From Patescibacteria group bacterium (GTDB lineage: Bacteria; Patescibacteriota; Gracilibacteria; UBA1369; PNNO01), in NCBI GenBank assembly GCA_042568575.1, contig JBHPIO010000003.1, positions 63,387-127,386 of the forward strand: 64,000 bases of DNA, written 5' to 3'. A model generated the notes under the pieces. That model ran no database searches, was not told where the DNA came from, and saw only the letters and a program-made list of their open reading frames with translations. This document shows, piece after piece, positions 10,565-19,815 of the stretch (position 1 is its first letter; every line of letters starts with the position of its first letter). The position numbers were made by a program, and so were the translations under genes.

Positions 10565-11902
10565 ATGACTAAAGTAAAAGGAGCACTTTACAGTTCATTT
10601 ATAATTGCAATTATCGCAATTATGACAGTGGGGCAAGTTGCAACTGTTTATGCTCAAGAAATCATAGTAAATACAGATATAGATTTTCAGGAAAATAATC
10701 TAATTCTTGATGCAGATGACTCAGGATCTGATATTACTTTGCAATTTGGTACAACTTTGAATAAGTATCTAAAGTGGGATAACACAAATTCCTATTTTTC
10801 TTTTAATGCGGATATAAATTTGGAAGGAAATGAGATCCAAAATTTTAATATTGAGAATTTAGCTGTAGCTCCAACTTGTGATGCTGCTGCAAGTGGACGA
10901 ATGTATCACGATACAGCAGATACAAACTCGTATATTTGTGACGGAAGTAGTTGGCAGCAAATAGATAGTAGTGGAGCGGCTGGAACTTCTCTTGCAGCGG
11001 TACAAGCGCGCAGAGATACAGATTTTACATTAACTTCAGCAAGTACTTGGTATGATATCCCTCTTACACTTACAGATTTGGAAAGCGATACTTCTGTTCT
11101 TCAACACAACGATACAAATAATGATCGGATTGATGTTAAGGAAGATGGTTTATATAGAATTACATATCAAATTAACTCAAATGATGCCTCTGTAACTCAT
11201 CAGCTTGAAACTAGAGTTCGCATAAATGATACAACCGTTTTAGATGGATCACTTCTGGTTAATCGTAACTATTCGGATGAATATAGTCCTTCGACAGGAA
11301 CATTCCTGGCCGACTTAACTAGTGGTGATTACATTTCATTGCAGGCGCAAAGAACAACAGCAAATCTAGTTATAGAGGAAACATCAGTAACAATTGTTAA
11401 ATTGGAAGGAATAAAAGGGGATCAAGGTGATCCCGGAGCTCCTGGAACATTAACTTATACAATTGGTCAGTTCTATGACGGGACTGGCGGGCAGAATGTT
11501 AATGTAACTACCCCTGTTGCAATTCAATTAGATAATGAAACTCGAAAAGATTCAGGAATTACTCATAGTACAGTTATTAATGATTCACGTGTAGTTTTAG
11601 ATGCTGCTGGTTGGTATCAAATTACATATAATGTTTCCACAGAAAGCCAAACTACAAACAGAAAAAATGTTAGGTGCAGAGTGCGCATGAATGGATCAAC
11701 TTATGTCACTCCTTCTGATTCGTATATGTATTCCAGAAATATAACTGATGAGTGGGGAACAAATACAGCCGAGTTAATTGTTGAGACTACAGGTACGAAT
11801 GAATATTACGAAGTGATGTGTAATGGTGAAGGTTCTGGGGTAGGAAGTGAGGCTGCAAATACAGTTGCAGGACAATCTTGGACCTTGGTTGAAAAGAAAT
11901 AG
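10565..11902 (+). CDS. Secreted surface protein with two C1q/TNF-like beta-sandwich repeats and a short collagen-like linker
   Basis: Signal peptide ending VYA; repeated R(I/V)xxxxxGxYxITY motif; GIKGDQGDPGAPG. Confidence 0.65.
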   Translation: MTKVKGALYSSFIIAIIAIMTVGQVATVYAQEIIVNTDIDFQENNLILDADDSGSDITLQFGTTLNKYLKWDNTNSYFSFNADINLEGNEIQNFNIENLAVAPTCDAAASGRMYHDTADTNSYICDGSSWQQIDSSGAAGTSLAAVQARRDTDFTLTSASTWYDIPLTLTDLESDTSVLQHNDTNNDRIDVKEDGLYRITYQINSNDASVTHQLETRVRINDTTVLDGSLLVNRNYSDEYSPSTGTFLADLTSGDYISLQAQRTTANLVIEETSVTIVKLEGIKGDQGDPGAPGTLTYTIGQFYDGTGGQNVNVTTPVAIQLDNETRKDSGITHSTVINDSRVVLDAAGWYQITYNVSTESQTTNRKNVRCRVRMNGSTYVTPSDSYMYSRNITDEWGTNTAELIVETTGTNEYYEVMCNGEGSGVGSEAANTVAGQSWTLVEKK

Positions 11903-11950
11903 GCTTATAGTGTATATTTCCCATGGCTTTTCACTTTAGGATTTTTCAAC

Positions 11951-13591
11951 ATGGAACAAAAGCAGTGCAAGAATTGTAATATAGAATTTAAAGTTACTGA
12001 TTCAGATCAGGAATTTTATAAAAAGTTGGAAGTTCCGGAGCCAACTCACTGCCCTGATTGTCGTCAACAAAGGCGATTGGCTTTTAGAAACGAACGAAAA
12101 TTGTTTAAGCGAAAATGTGATTTGTGCGATGAAGATATTATTTCGTTTTTTCAGGAAAACGAGCCTTTTCCGGTTTATTGTTCGGAGTGTTGGTGGAGTG
12201 ACAAATGGGATCCAGTAGATCATGGTCAGGATTTCGATTTTGATCGACCATTCTTTGATCAATTTAAAGAACTTATGATGAAGGTTCCTAAAATGGGAAT
12301 GCTTCTCTATTTTGTTGAAAACTCTCCATATAACAGCTTGCTCGCGTATTCCAAAAATACATACATGAGTCCGGGAAGTTACTATTGCGATGATTGTTTG
12401 TATGTTCGCAAAAGTCAGTATTCAACAAATTGTATGAATAGTAATTTGTTAGATCACTGTGAGCTTGTTGCAGATAGTACAAATTGCAAAAGTTGCTACA
12501 ATAGTCATCATCTAATTAATTGTAGAAATTGTACGGACTGCGGGTATATGGCGGATTCATTTAGTTGTGAAAATTGCTTTATGTGCAGCGGAATTTCTCG
12601 AAAGAAATTTCATTTTAAGAATCAATCTTATCCGGAAGAGGATTATCATCGTCTGGTTGAAGAGCATATGAAGAGAGATCCAAAAGAACTTGAGTTGGAA
12701 TTTAATGATTTCAATAAGGAAATTCCGAAAAAATATCAAAATCAGATTCAATGTGAGAATTCTTCGGGTGATTTTCTTCAGAATTGCAGCAATGCACATG
12801 AGGCTTACGACTGTTTTGAAGTAGAGGATTGCAAATACATGTACGATTGCGTGGGAGTTACAGATTCAATGGATTTGTCGTTTCATGATAAAGATATCGA
12901 GCTTTGTTATGAGCTTTGTAGTGGTGGAGATGCGAATAAAAATCTTAAATTCACTTTTTGCAGTTGTCTGAATAGTGATTCGATGTATCTTTTTGTGACA
13001 ATGGGTGGGCATGATTGTTTTGGTTGTGATGGACTTCATTCAAAACAGAAATATTGTATTCTGAACAAACAATATTCGAAGGAAGAATATTTTGAAATGC
13101 GTGACAAAGTCATCGAACATATGAAAAAAACAGGAGAATTTGGTGAGTTTTTCCCGATTAGTTTGTCTTTGTATCCTTACAATCATACAAGTGCGCAGGA
13201 TTATTATCCTTTAACGAAAGAGGAGGCGCTTGCAAAGGGATATAAATGGCTTGATGAAGATCCGAAAGATTATAGTAAAGCTGCAACTGAAATCCCTAAT
13301 GATATTAATGAAGTTCCGGATAGTATTGTGAAAGAGGTTTTGGTATGTAAGGAGTGCAGCAAAAATTACAAGATTATTGAACAAGAGTTGCGGCTTTCAA
13401 AGAGAATGAAAGTTCCGATTTCTCATTTGTGTGCTGATTGCAGGCAGCTTAAGCTGAACAAGTTAAAGAATCCGCGAAAACTGTGGGATCGAAAGTGTGA
13501 TAAATGTGATGATCCGATTCAGACTACTTACGCACCGAAAAAGCCCGAGAAGGTTTATTGTGAGAAGTGCTATTTGAAGGAGATTGTTTAG
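11951..13591 (+). CDS. Cys-rich Zn-ribbon/solenoid protein, paralog 1
   Basis: CxxC..CPDCRQQRR..RNER..CDLC-x17-CSEC, DFDFDRPFF, YCILNKQYS, HMKKTGEFGEFFP, C-terminal Zn module; 40 Cys in 546 aa by hand count. Confidence 0.9.
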   Translation: MEQKQCKNCNIEFKVTDSDQEFYKKLEVPEPTHCPDCRQQRRLAFRNERKLFKRKCDLCDEDIISFFQENEPFPVYCSECWWSDKWDPVDHGQDFDFDRPFFDQFKELMMKVPKMGMLLYFVENSPYNSLLAYSKNTYMSPGSYYCDDCLYVRKSQYSTNCMNSNLLDHCELVADSTNCKSCYNSHHLINCRNCTDCGYMADSFSCENCFMCSGISRKKFHFKNQSYPEEDYHRLVEEHMKRDPKELELEFNDFNKEIPKKYQNQIQCENSSGDFLQNCSNAHEAYDCFEVEDCKYMYDCVGVTDSMDLSFHDKDIELCYELCSGGDANKNLKFTFCSCLNSDSMYLFVTMGGHDCFGCDGLHSKQKYCILNKQYSKEEYFEMRDKVIEHMKKTGEFGEFFPISLSLYPYNHTSAQDYYPLTKEEALAKGYKWLDEDPKDYSKAATEIPNDINEVPDSIVKEVLVCKECSKNYKIIEQELRLSKRMKVPISHLCADCRQLKLNKLKNPRKLWDRKCDKCDDPIQTTYAPKKPEKVYCEKCYLKEIV

Positions 13592-13645
13592 TTGACAGTA
13601 TTTTGTTTTAGTGCTTGAATATACGTGGCTTGTATCACTCAACCC

Positions 13646-14416
13646 ATGCGCAAAAAACTAACTAATTTGTTGCGGCTTGCACAGCTAAAAGATGAAGAAA
13701 TAACACTTTATCTGTTTTTGCTTAAGTTCAAACAGGTAACAATTTCCGAGCTGGTTGAAAAGAGCCAGTTAAATTTTATGATGGTTTATCGCACAATTAA
13801 ACGTCTTCGTGAAAGAGGGATGGTTGAAGCAGTGCCGGTAAATAATAAACAGGACATTTATAAACCACTTTCACTACAATCGATTATTAACAAAATACAA
13901 TCGCAGCAGCGAAAGCTTAAAAGATTAGAGTGCGGATTAAAGGGGCTTGATGATTTTCTTCCGTATGTGGATATTGATAATACTGAAGAGGATTTGATTC
14001 AAGTGAGAGAAGGAATAGATGCATTTAAAGAAGAATATCTAAAATTACCAGAACTAAATTGTGAAGAAATGCTGCCATTAGGAGATATAACGCATTTATG
14101 GAGAACATCTAAATTGTCTTATGATTGTCCTGAAGAAAGAAATTTTATTCACAAACGGCTCAAAAAAGGCCTTTCTGTTCGTATGTTAACAACCCCATGT
14201 GAAAATGGAAGAGCCCTGCTTGCTAGAGATGGTCTTGAGAAAAGAACAACACGTTTAAAGTCTAAACTTCCAATTACAGAAAACATGTTGATAATTACTA
14301 AAAACCAATCATCGCTATTTATTTGTGATGAAGATGATCCACGGGTCATTACAATTAAACAACCGGATATGCTTGAAATGCAGAAAAATCAATTTCACGG
14401 TTTGTGGTCGGCGTAA
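13646..14416 (+). CDS. TrmB-like winged-helix transcriptional regulator
   Basis: LKDEEITLYLFLL...ELVEKSQLNFMMVYRTIKRLRERGMV wHTH, coiled linker, EGIDAFKEEY, C-terminal effector domain ending QFHGLW. Confidence 0.75.
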   Translation: MRKKLTNLLRLAQLKDEEITLYLFLLKFKQVTISELVEKSQLNFMMVYRTIKRLRERGMVEAVPVNNKQDIYKPLSLQSIINKIQSQQRKLKRLECGLKGLDDFLPYVDIDNTEEDLIQVREGIDAFKEEYLKLPELNCEEMLPLGDITHLWRTSKLSYDCPEERNFIHKRLKKGLSVRMLTTPCENGRALLARDGLEKRTTRLKSKLPITENMLIITKNQSSLFICDEDDPRVITIKQPDMLEMQKNQFHGLWSA

Positions 14417-14542
14417 TATTAACAATCCATTGAAAATAAATAGTGAAGTTTTGCCTTTATTAAAGCCAAATTTGTTTTTTTATGGAAAAATTTTGCAATT
14501 TTCCTATGTTCGTCTACTATTGTGGTGGATTAACAATTTTTT

Positions 14543-16186
14543 ATGGAACAAAAGCGGTGCACAGATTGTGGAAACAGTTTTACAATCGATGACGATGAGC
14601 TAGAGTTGTATGAAAAGTACGATATGCCGCCTGAAGATATTTGCTTTAGATGTTCTCAAATGCATCGACTTAGTTTTAGAAACGAAAGGGTTTTGTATCA
14701 AAGGAAGTGTGATTTTTCGGGAGAGTCTATTCTTTCGATTTATTCGCCAGATAGTCCATATAAAGTTTATAAAAACACTCATTGGTATGGCGATAAGTGG
14801 GACGCATTAGAGTATGGTCGTGATTTTGATTTTAATCGGTCTTTTTTTGAACAATTTAAAGAATTACAATTGGAGGTTCCTCGTCTTGCTTTAATTAATG
14901 CTAGAGCCGAAAACAGCGATTACTGTAATATGACGTGGGGGAATAAAAATTGCTATTTGGTTTTTGGCGGAGATTTCAATGAAGATGTTCAGTGTGGGAC
15001 TTTATGTATGTACAACAAAGACTGTGTTGATGTGGATTTAAGTGATAAAAATGAGGTTTGTTATTTTATGGGTGATTCTTATAACTGTTATGGATGTCAG
15101 TATACGTTTGATTCTAAGAATTGTACTGACTGCTTCTTTATAAGTGATTGTATTGGGTGTTCGGATTGTATTTTGTGTACGAATTTAGTTAAAAAGTCGT
15201 ACTGTATTTTAAATAAACAGTATTCAAAAGAAGAATATTTTGAGAAAAAAGCCGAACTTTTGGATGGAAGTTATAGCAAAATGAAAGAAAATTTCAAAAA
15301 ATTGCTCGAATTACGAAATGAAAGAATTGTTAAGTATTTTCACGGAGTTAATTGTGAGAATTGTACTGGAGATTACATAAATAATTCGAAAAATTGTATA
15401 AATTGTTACAACATTGGTGATAGTGAGGATCTCCGAAATTGCATTTTAGTAATAAATGGGAAAGATATTTTTAATGCTTCATATATAGGACATAAAACAG
15501 AAGCATCTTATGGGTCTGTTGCAACAGTAACAGCTAATTTTGTGAATAATACTTATTTTTCTTTTGATTGTAACAATATTGATTATTCTGAGCAGATGCA
15601 AAATAGTGAAAACTGTTTTGGGTGTAATGGTTTGAATCATAAAAAGAATTGTATTTTGAATAAACAATATTCTGAGGATGAATATAAAGAGATGCGGAAA
15701 AAAATTATTGAACATATGAAAAAAACAGGGGAATGGGGGAAGTTTTTCCCTAAAAACTTGGGATGTTTTGCATATAATGAAGGTACAGCTCATCAATATT
15801 TTCCTTTAAAGAAAGAGCAAGCGTTAAAGTTCGGTTATAGGTGGAAAGAGGAGGATAAACGTGAATATAAGCCGGCAACATTTACTCTGCCGGATAGTAT
15901 TAAAGAAGTTCCAGATTCTGTTGTGGATGAGATTTTTGCTTGTAGTGATTGTGGAAAAAACTACAAAATAAACGCGGCTGAATTGAAGTTTTATAGAAGG
16001 TTCAATATACCTGTTCCGCACGAATGTTTTGAGTGCAGGCATAGAGCAAGATTGAATTTAAGGACACCTTTGCATCTTTGGGATAGAAGTTGCGGAAAAT
16101 GCGGTGCTGAGTTTAAAACGACGTATTCAGAAGATCGTCCTGAGCAAGTTTATTGCGAAAAATGTTACCTTGAAGAAGTCGTTTGA
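14543..16186 (+). CDS. Cys-rich Zn-ribbon/solenoid protein, paralog 2
   Basis: Same scaffold motifs as paralog 1; second N-terminal Zn site degenerate (CDFSG...VYKNTH). Confidence 0.9.
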   Translation: MEQKRCTDCGNSFTIDDDELELYEKYDMPPEDICFRCSQMHRLSFRNERVLYQRKCDFSGESILSIYSPDSPYKVYKNTHWYGDKWDALEYGRDFDFNRSFFEQFKELQLEVPRLALINARAENSDYCNMTWGNKNCYLVFGGDFNEDVQCGTLCMYNKDCVDVDLSDKNEVCYFMGDSYNCYGCQYTFDSKNCTDCFFISDCIGCSDCILCTNLVKKSYCILNKQYSKEEYFEKKAELLDGSYSKMKENFKKLLELRNERIVKYFHGVNCENCTGDYINNSKNCINCYNIGDSEDLRNCILVINGKDIFNASYIGHKTEASYGSVATVTANFVNNTYFSFDCNNIDYSEQMQNSENCFGCNGLNHKKNCILNKQYSEDEYKEMRKKIIEHMKKTGEWGKFFPKNLGCFAYNEGTAHQYFPLKKEQALKFGYRWKEEDKREYKPATFTLPDSIKEVPDSVVDEIFACSDCGKNYKINAAELKFYRRFNIPVPHECFECRHRARLNLRTPLHLWDRSCGKCGAEFKTTYSEDRPEQVYCEKCYLEEVV

Positions 16187-16238
16187 GTACTAGGTACTCT
16201 CATGCGATTAGCTTTAACAAGCCATTTCATAGCGAGTA

Positions 16239-16697
16239 CTAAGTACTACTTAAATTTGGCGTAACCATAAACCGCACGCTCCAGTTTCCGTCTTTGTCTT
16301 TTTTCAGACAAACAATTCCGCCTTGCTGGAATGTGATAACTGGTTTTTCTGCGTTTCCGGTAAGAAGAAGTGAAGAAAGCTTTTGCATGAATGGGAGATG
16401 ACCAACAAGCATTAATCCATCTTGTAATTGGTCGACCCAAATAGTCACATCATCCATTGGCTTTAGGCCTTCTTTTTCTTCAAGTTGGCCTTCTGGGAGG
16501 AGATGTTTTGCAAAGATCTCAGCGGTTTGTTTTGCGCGCAGTTTAACGCTGTGGAACATTGCATCAACTTTTATTCCTTCTTTTGCGGCGTATGAAGCGA
16601 CTTTTTCACAGTCAGAACGTCCTTTGTCAGACAAACCTTCTTGCGGATCAACATCTTCCGTAAGTTGATTACCGTGTTGTACTAAATAGATTTTCAT
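16239..16697 (-). CDS. sixA: Phosphohistidine phosphatase SixA-like
   Basis: MKIYLVQHG, LSDKG, HSVKLRAKQTAE, LMLVGHLP; start ATG 16697. Confidence 0.85.
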   Translation of the reverse strand: MKIYLVQHGNQLTEDVDPQEGLSDKGRSDCEKVASYAAKEGIKVDAMFHSVKLRAKQTAEIFAKHLLPEGQLEEKEGLKPMDDVTIWVDQLQDGLMLVGHLPFMQKLSSLLLTGNAEKPVITFQQGGIVCLKKDKDGNWSVRFMVTPNLSST

Positions 16698-16829
16698 AGT
16701 ATGATTATACCCTTCTTTTTTTAACTTGTAAAAAAGAGTATAATTCGCCCAGACACGAAGCAAAGCTGAGTGTCCTGCTGAGCTAAGGCGAAGCGTAAAC
16801 GTGAGCGAAGCGAACACCTTATTGAAATT

Positions 16830-18479
16830 ATGGAAAAACATTCGTGCAAAAATTGTAGTAGCAGTTTTGAAATCACAAAAGATGATGTGGAGTTTTATGA
16901 TAAGTTGGCGATTCCTTCGCCGACCTTTTGTCCTGATTGTCGTTTGCAGCGGCTTTTATCGTGGCGAAATGAGAATACTTACTACAGTCGCACATGCAAT
17001 AAGTGTGAATGCAAAGTGATTTCTGTGCATTCGCCTGATCAACCTTATCCGATTTATTGTAATAAGTGTTGGTGGAGTGATGACTTGTATGCGATTGATT
17101 ACGGACGGGATTTTGACTTTGATCGTCCTTTCTTTGATCAGTTCATCGAACTTCAAAAAGATGTTCCACAAATTGCAATGATGAATGATAACGGAGTAGC
17201 GAGCGAGAATTGTGAGTATTGTCAGGATTTTGCGTTTGGGAAAAATTGCTATCTAGTGACTGGAAGTTGGAAAATTCGTGATTCTTTTTATAGCAATAAT
17301 ACAAATCATGTTCAGGACGTTGTTGACTGTTCGTCTGTGAATCTTGAGTCGGAACTTGTTTATGAATCTGTGCATTCGCAGAAGTTATACAATTGTTCTT
17401 TTATGAATGTTTCGACAAATTGTACTGACTGTCATTTTGGATACGATCTAAAGGGCTGCAAGGATTGTTTTGGTTGTATAGGGCTGCGGCAAAAGCAGTA
17501 TTTCATTTTTAATGAAGCGCACACGGAAGAGGAGTATCGTGAAAAAATGTCGAAAATTGATTTAGGATCTTACGAAGGTCTCGAAAAAGTGAAAAAAGAT
17601 TTTGCAGATTTCATTTTGAATTTTCCGCGAAAGCATATTAATCAGATTAACTGTGAAAATTGTATTGGTGATAATTTATATAATTGCAAAAACACAGTTG
17701 GTTTTGATTGTTTTCATGCAGAGGGTTGTAAATATTTCTATAAAGGAGATCATCCGCAGTTTTGCTACGATATTTATCAAAGTGGGAACCCACAGTGGTG
17801 CTGCGAGTCTATAACTCCTGATGATTCTTTTATGACTGCGTACAGTTTATGGTGTTGGAAGGATAAGCATGTTTTTTATAGTGATAACTGTCATTCGTCT
17901 GAACATTTGTTTGGGTGTATCGGTTTGCGTCGTCAAAAACATTGTATTTTGAATAAAAAATATTCAGAGGAAGAGTATGAAGATTTGAAAGCGCGCATTA
18001 TTGAACATATGAAAAAGACTGGAGAATGGGGGCAGTTCTTCCCAGTTGAGAAATCTCCGTTTGGATACAATGAAACGGTTGCTCAGGATTATTTTCCTTT
18101 AACTAAAGAGCAAGCAGTAGAAAAAGGTTACAAATGGAAAGACATCGATCCAAAAAATTATCAAGAATCAACATACAAAATACCAGATGGTATTCACGAT
18201 GCGCCAGATTCAATTGTTGATGAGGTTCTTGCGTGCAGTGATTGTAAGAAAAATTATAAAATTATTCGTGGCGAGCTTGCGTTTTACAGGAAAATGGATT
18301 TGCCGATACCTGAAAAATGCCCTGACTGCCGTCGTTTAGATAGAATGAAACTTCAAACACCGAAAAAGTTGTGGAAAAGGACGTGTCACAAGTGTGGAAT
18401 TGAAATTCAAACTGCTTTTGCGCCTGATAGGCCTGAAAATGTGTACTGCGAGCAATGTTATTTAAAGGAAGTTGCTTAA
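16830..18479 (+). CDS. Cys-rich Zn-ribbon/solenoid protein, paralog 3
   Basis: Same scaffold; all N-terminal CxxC pairs intact. Confidence 0.9.
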   Translation: MEKHSCKNCSSSFEITKDDVEFYDKLAIPSPTFCPDCRLQRLLSWRNENTYYSRTCNKCECKVISVHSPDQPYPIYCNKCWWSDDLYAIDYGRDFDFDRPFFDQFIELQKDVPQIAMMNDNGVASENCEYCQDFAFGKNCYLVTGSWKIRDSFYSNNTNHVQDVVDCSSVNLESELVYESVHSQKLYNCSFMNVSTNCTDCHFGYDLKGCKDCFGCIGLRQKQYFIFNEAHTEEEYREKMSKIDLGSYEGLEKVKKDFADFILNFPRKHINQINCENCIGDNLYNCKNTVGFDCFHAEGCKYFYKGDHPQFCYDIYQSGNPQWCCESITPDDSFMTAYSLWCWKDKHVFYSDNCHSSEHLFGCIGLRRQKHCILNKKYSEEEYEDLKARIIEHMKKTGEWGQFFPVEKSPFGYNETVAQDYFPLTKEQAVEKGYKWKDIDPKNYQESTYKIPDGIHDAPDSIVDEVLACSDCKKNYKIIRGELAFYRKMDLPIPEKCPDCRRLDRMKLQTPKKLWKRTCHKCGIEIQTAFAPDRPENVYCEQCYLKEVA

Positions 18480-18481
18480 GA

Positions 18482-18757
18482 TTATCCCATTTCTTTCCAA
18501 AAACATTCTTGGCAGTAGACAGTATATTTGCTGTCTTGAGAATATGTGGAGATGATGTTTTTTTTGCATTTATCACAAGTTCTTCGGTGTAACTTTCGTT
18601 CGTTTCTTTGCAAGAGTCTTCTCTTTTGCCTGCATTCGGGACAATTTGAAGGGACCGGGAGTTTTTTCTTTGTATAAAACATCTTTTCTTGAGGGATAAT
18701 CAAGAATTGCCTTTTGCATTCTGCGCAGGTTATTTTGTCTGATGTTGTTGTATTCAT
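18482..18757 (-). CDS. Stand-alone Zn-ribbon module (zf-trcl-like plus CxxC-x17-CxxC)
   Basis: CAEC..FY..CPECRQKRR..RNER..CDKC-17 aa-CQEC; ATG 18757 overlaps the upstream TGA (ATGA). Confidence 0.85.
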   Translation of the reverse strand: MNTTTSDKITCAECKRQFLIIPQEKMFYTKKKLPVPSNCPECRQKRRLLQRNERKLHRRTCDKCKKNIISTYSQDSKYTVYCQECFWKEMG

Positions 18758-19692
18758 AGTCCGTAGGTTATTACTTCTGGATAAGTTGATTTGTACCATT
18801 TGCACCATGTTCCGTCAGCCTTCATTTCTTCAATAATCTCTTTAACTTTTTTGTGATAGTCTTCTTCGCTATATTGTTCGTTTAAAATTTGATATTTAGC
18901 ATGATTTATTCCTACGCATCCGAAACAATCTTTGCTGTTATAAACAAGATCGCAATAAGTTAGGTCGTTTGAATACCAGCATCCGTAACAGAACATGCAA
19001 TTAGTTAAATTACCCCCGCTCATAATTTCATAGCATTGCTCTGACCATCCAAGATGGCTGCAATCAACTAGATCTTTTGAGTCATCGCAGTGGTAAACGT
19101 GCATGCAATCGTGTAATCCTTTTGAGTCATATCCTCCAAAAACCTCTTTTGAGTTATGAAGATTTTCGCCATATGCTTCTTCATTATTTCTTCCGTACAT
19201 TGCTGTTCGTGGAACGCTTGTAAGTAAAGGCTCGAGTTTTTCATAAACTTCTTTGTGGGGCATTTTTTTGAGTTCAGCGAGACGTTTTTCGTATTCCTCT
19301 TTTGTATATTGCTCATTGAAAATGCAGAATGATTTTTTTCGTAGCCCAACGCATCCGAAGCAGTTTTGTATTCCAATAGAGTGATAGCAGAAGTCGCAGT
19401 CGATAGCTTGTTCGCATTGAACGCAGTAATTACAGTTGTATGATCCAATGCAATCAACGCACTCGTAGCAGAGTTCACATTTTTCGCAGAGTGTGCAATC
19501 GACGCAATCCGTACAATAAAAAACACGGTGATTATATAAGCAGTCCTCAGATTGATAACTCGCAAAAGTCATGTAGCAGTTGTTGCTTTTTTCTGTGTAC
19601 TGGCAATATGGGCTGTTTTCGTTTTGTACACATTGAAGCCCGATGCGTGGTACTTTCTGTCGTAATTGTTCGAATTGTTCTAAGAAGCTCAT
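18754..19692 (-). CDS. Cys-rich solenoid-only protein (central part of the paralog family)
   Basis: Starts at the family FxEQFxxLxxxVP motif, has two CFGCVG..IxNEQYxxEEY-capped Cys repeat blocks, no terminal Zn modules. Confidence 0.88.
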   Translation of the reverse strand: MSFLEQFEQLRQKVPRIGLQCVQNENSPYCQYTEKSNNCYMTFASYQSEDCLYNHRVFYCTDCVDCTLCEKCELCYECVDCIGSYNCNYCVQCEQAIDCDFCYHSIGIQNCFGCVGLRKKSFCIFNEQYTKEEYEKRLAELKKMPHKEVYEKLEPLLTSVPRTAMYGRNNEEAYGENLHNSKEVFGGYDSKGLHDCMHVYHCDDSKDLVDCSHLGWSEQCYEIMSGGNLTNCMFCYGCWYSNDLTYCDLVYNSKDCFGCVGINHAKYQILNEQYSEEDYHKKVKEIIEEMKADGTWCKWYKSTYPEVITYGL

Positions 19693-19815
19693 TTGAGTAA
19701 TTATGGTGATAGTTTCATCGATTTGATTATAGCTGCTGCCTCATCGTCTGGCTAGCAGTTGTGAACGCAGCAAAATGATGTAAAATTGAATTGAAATAAT
19801 AATTAAATCTGATTA

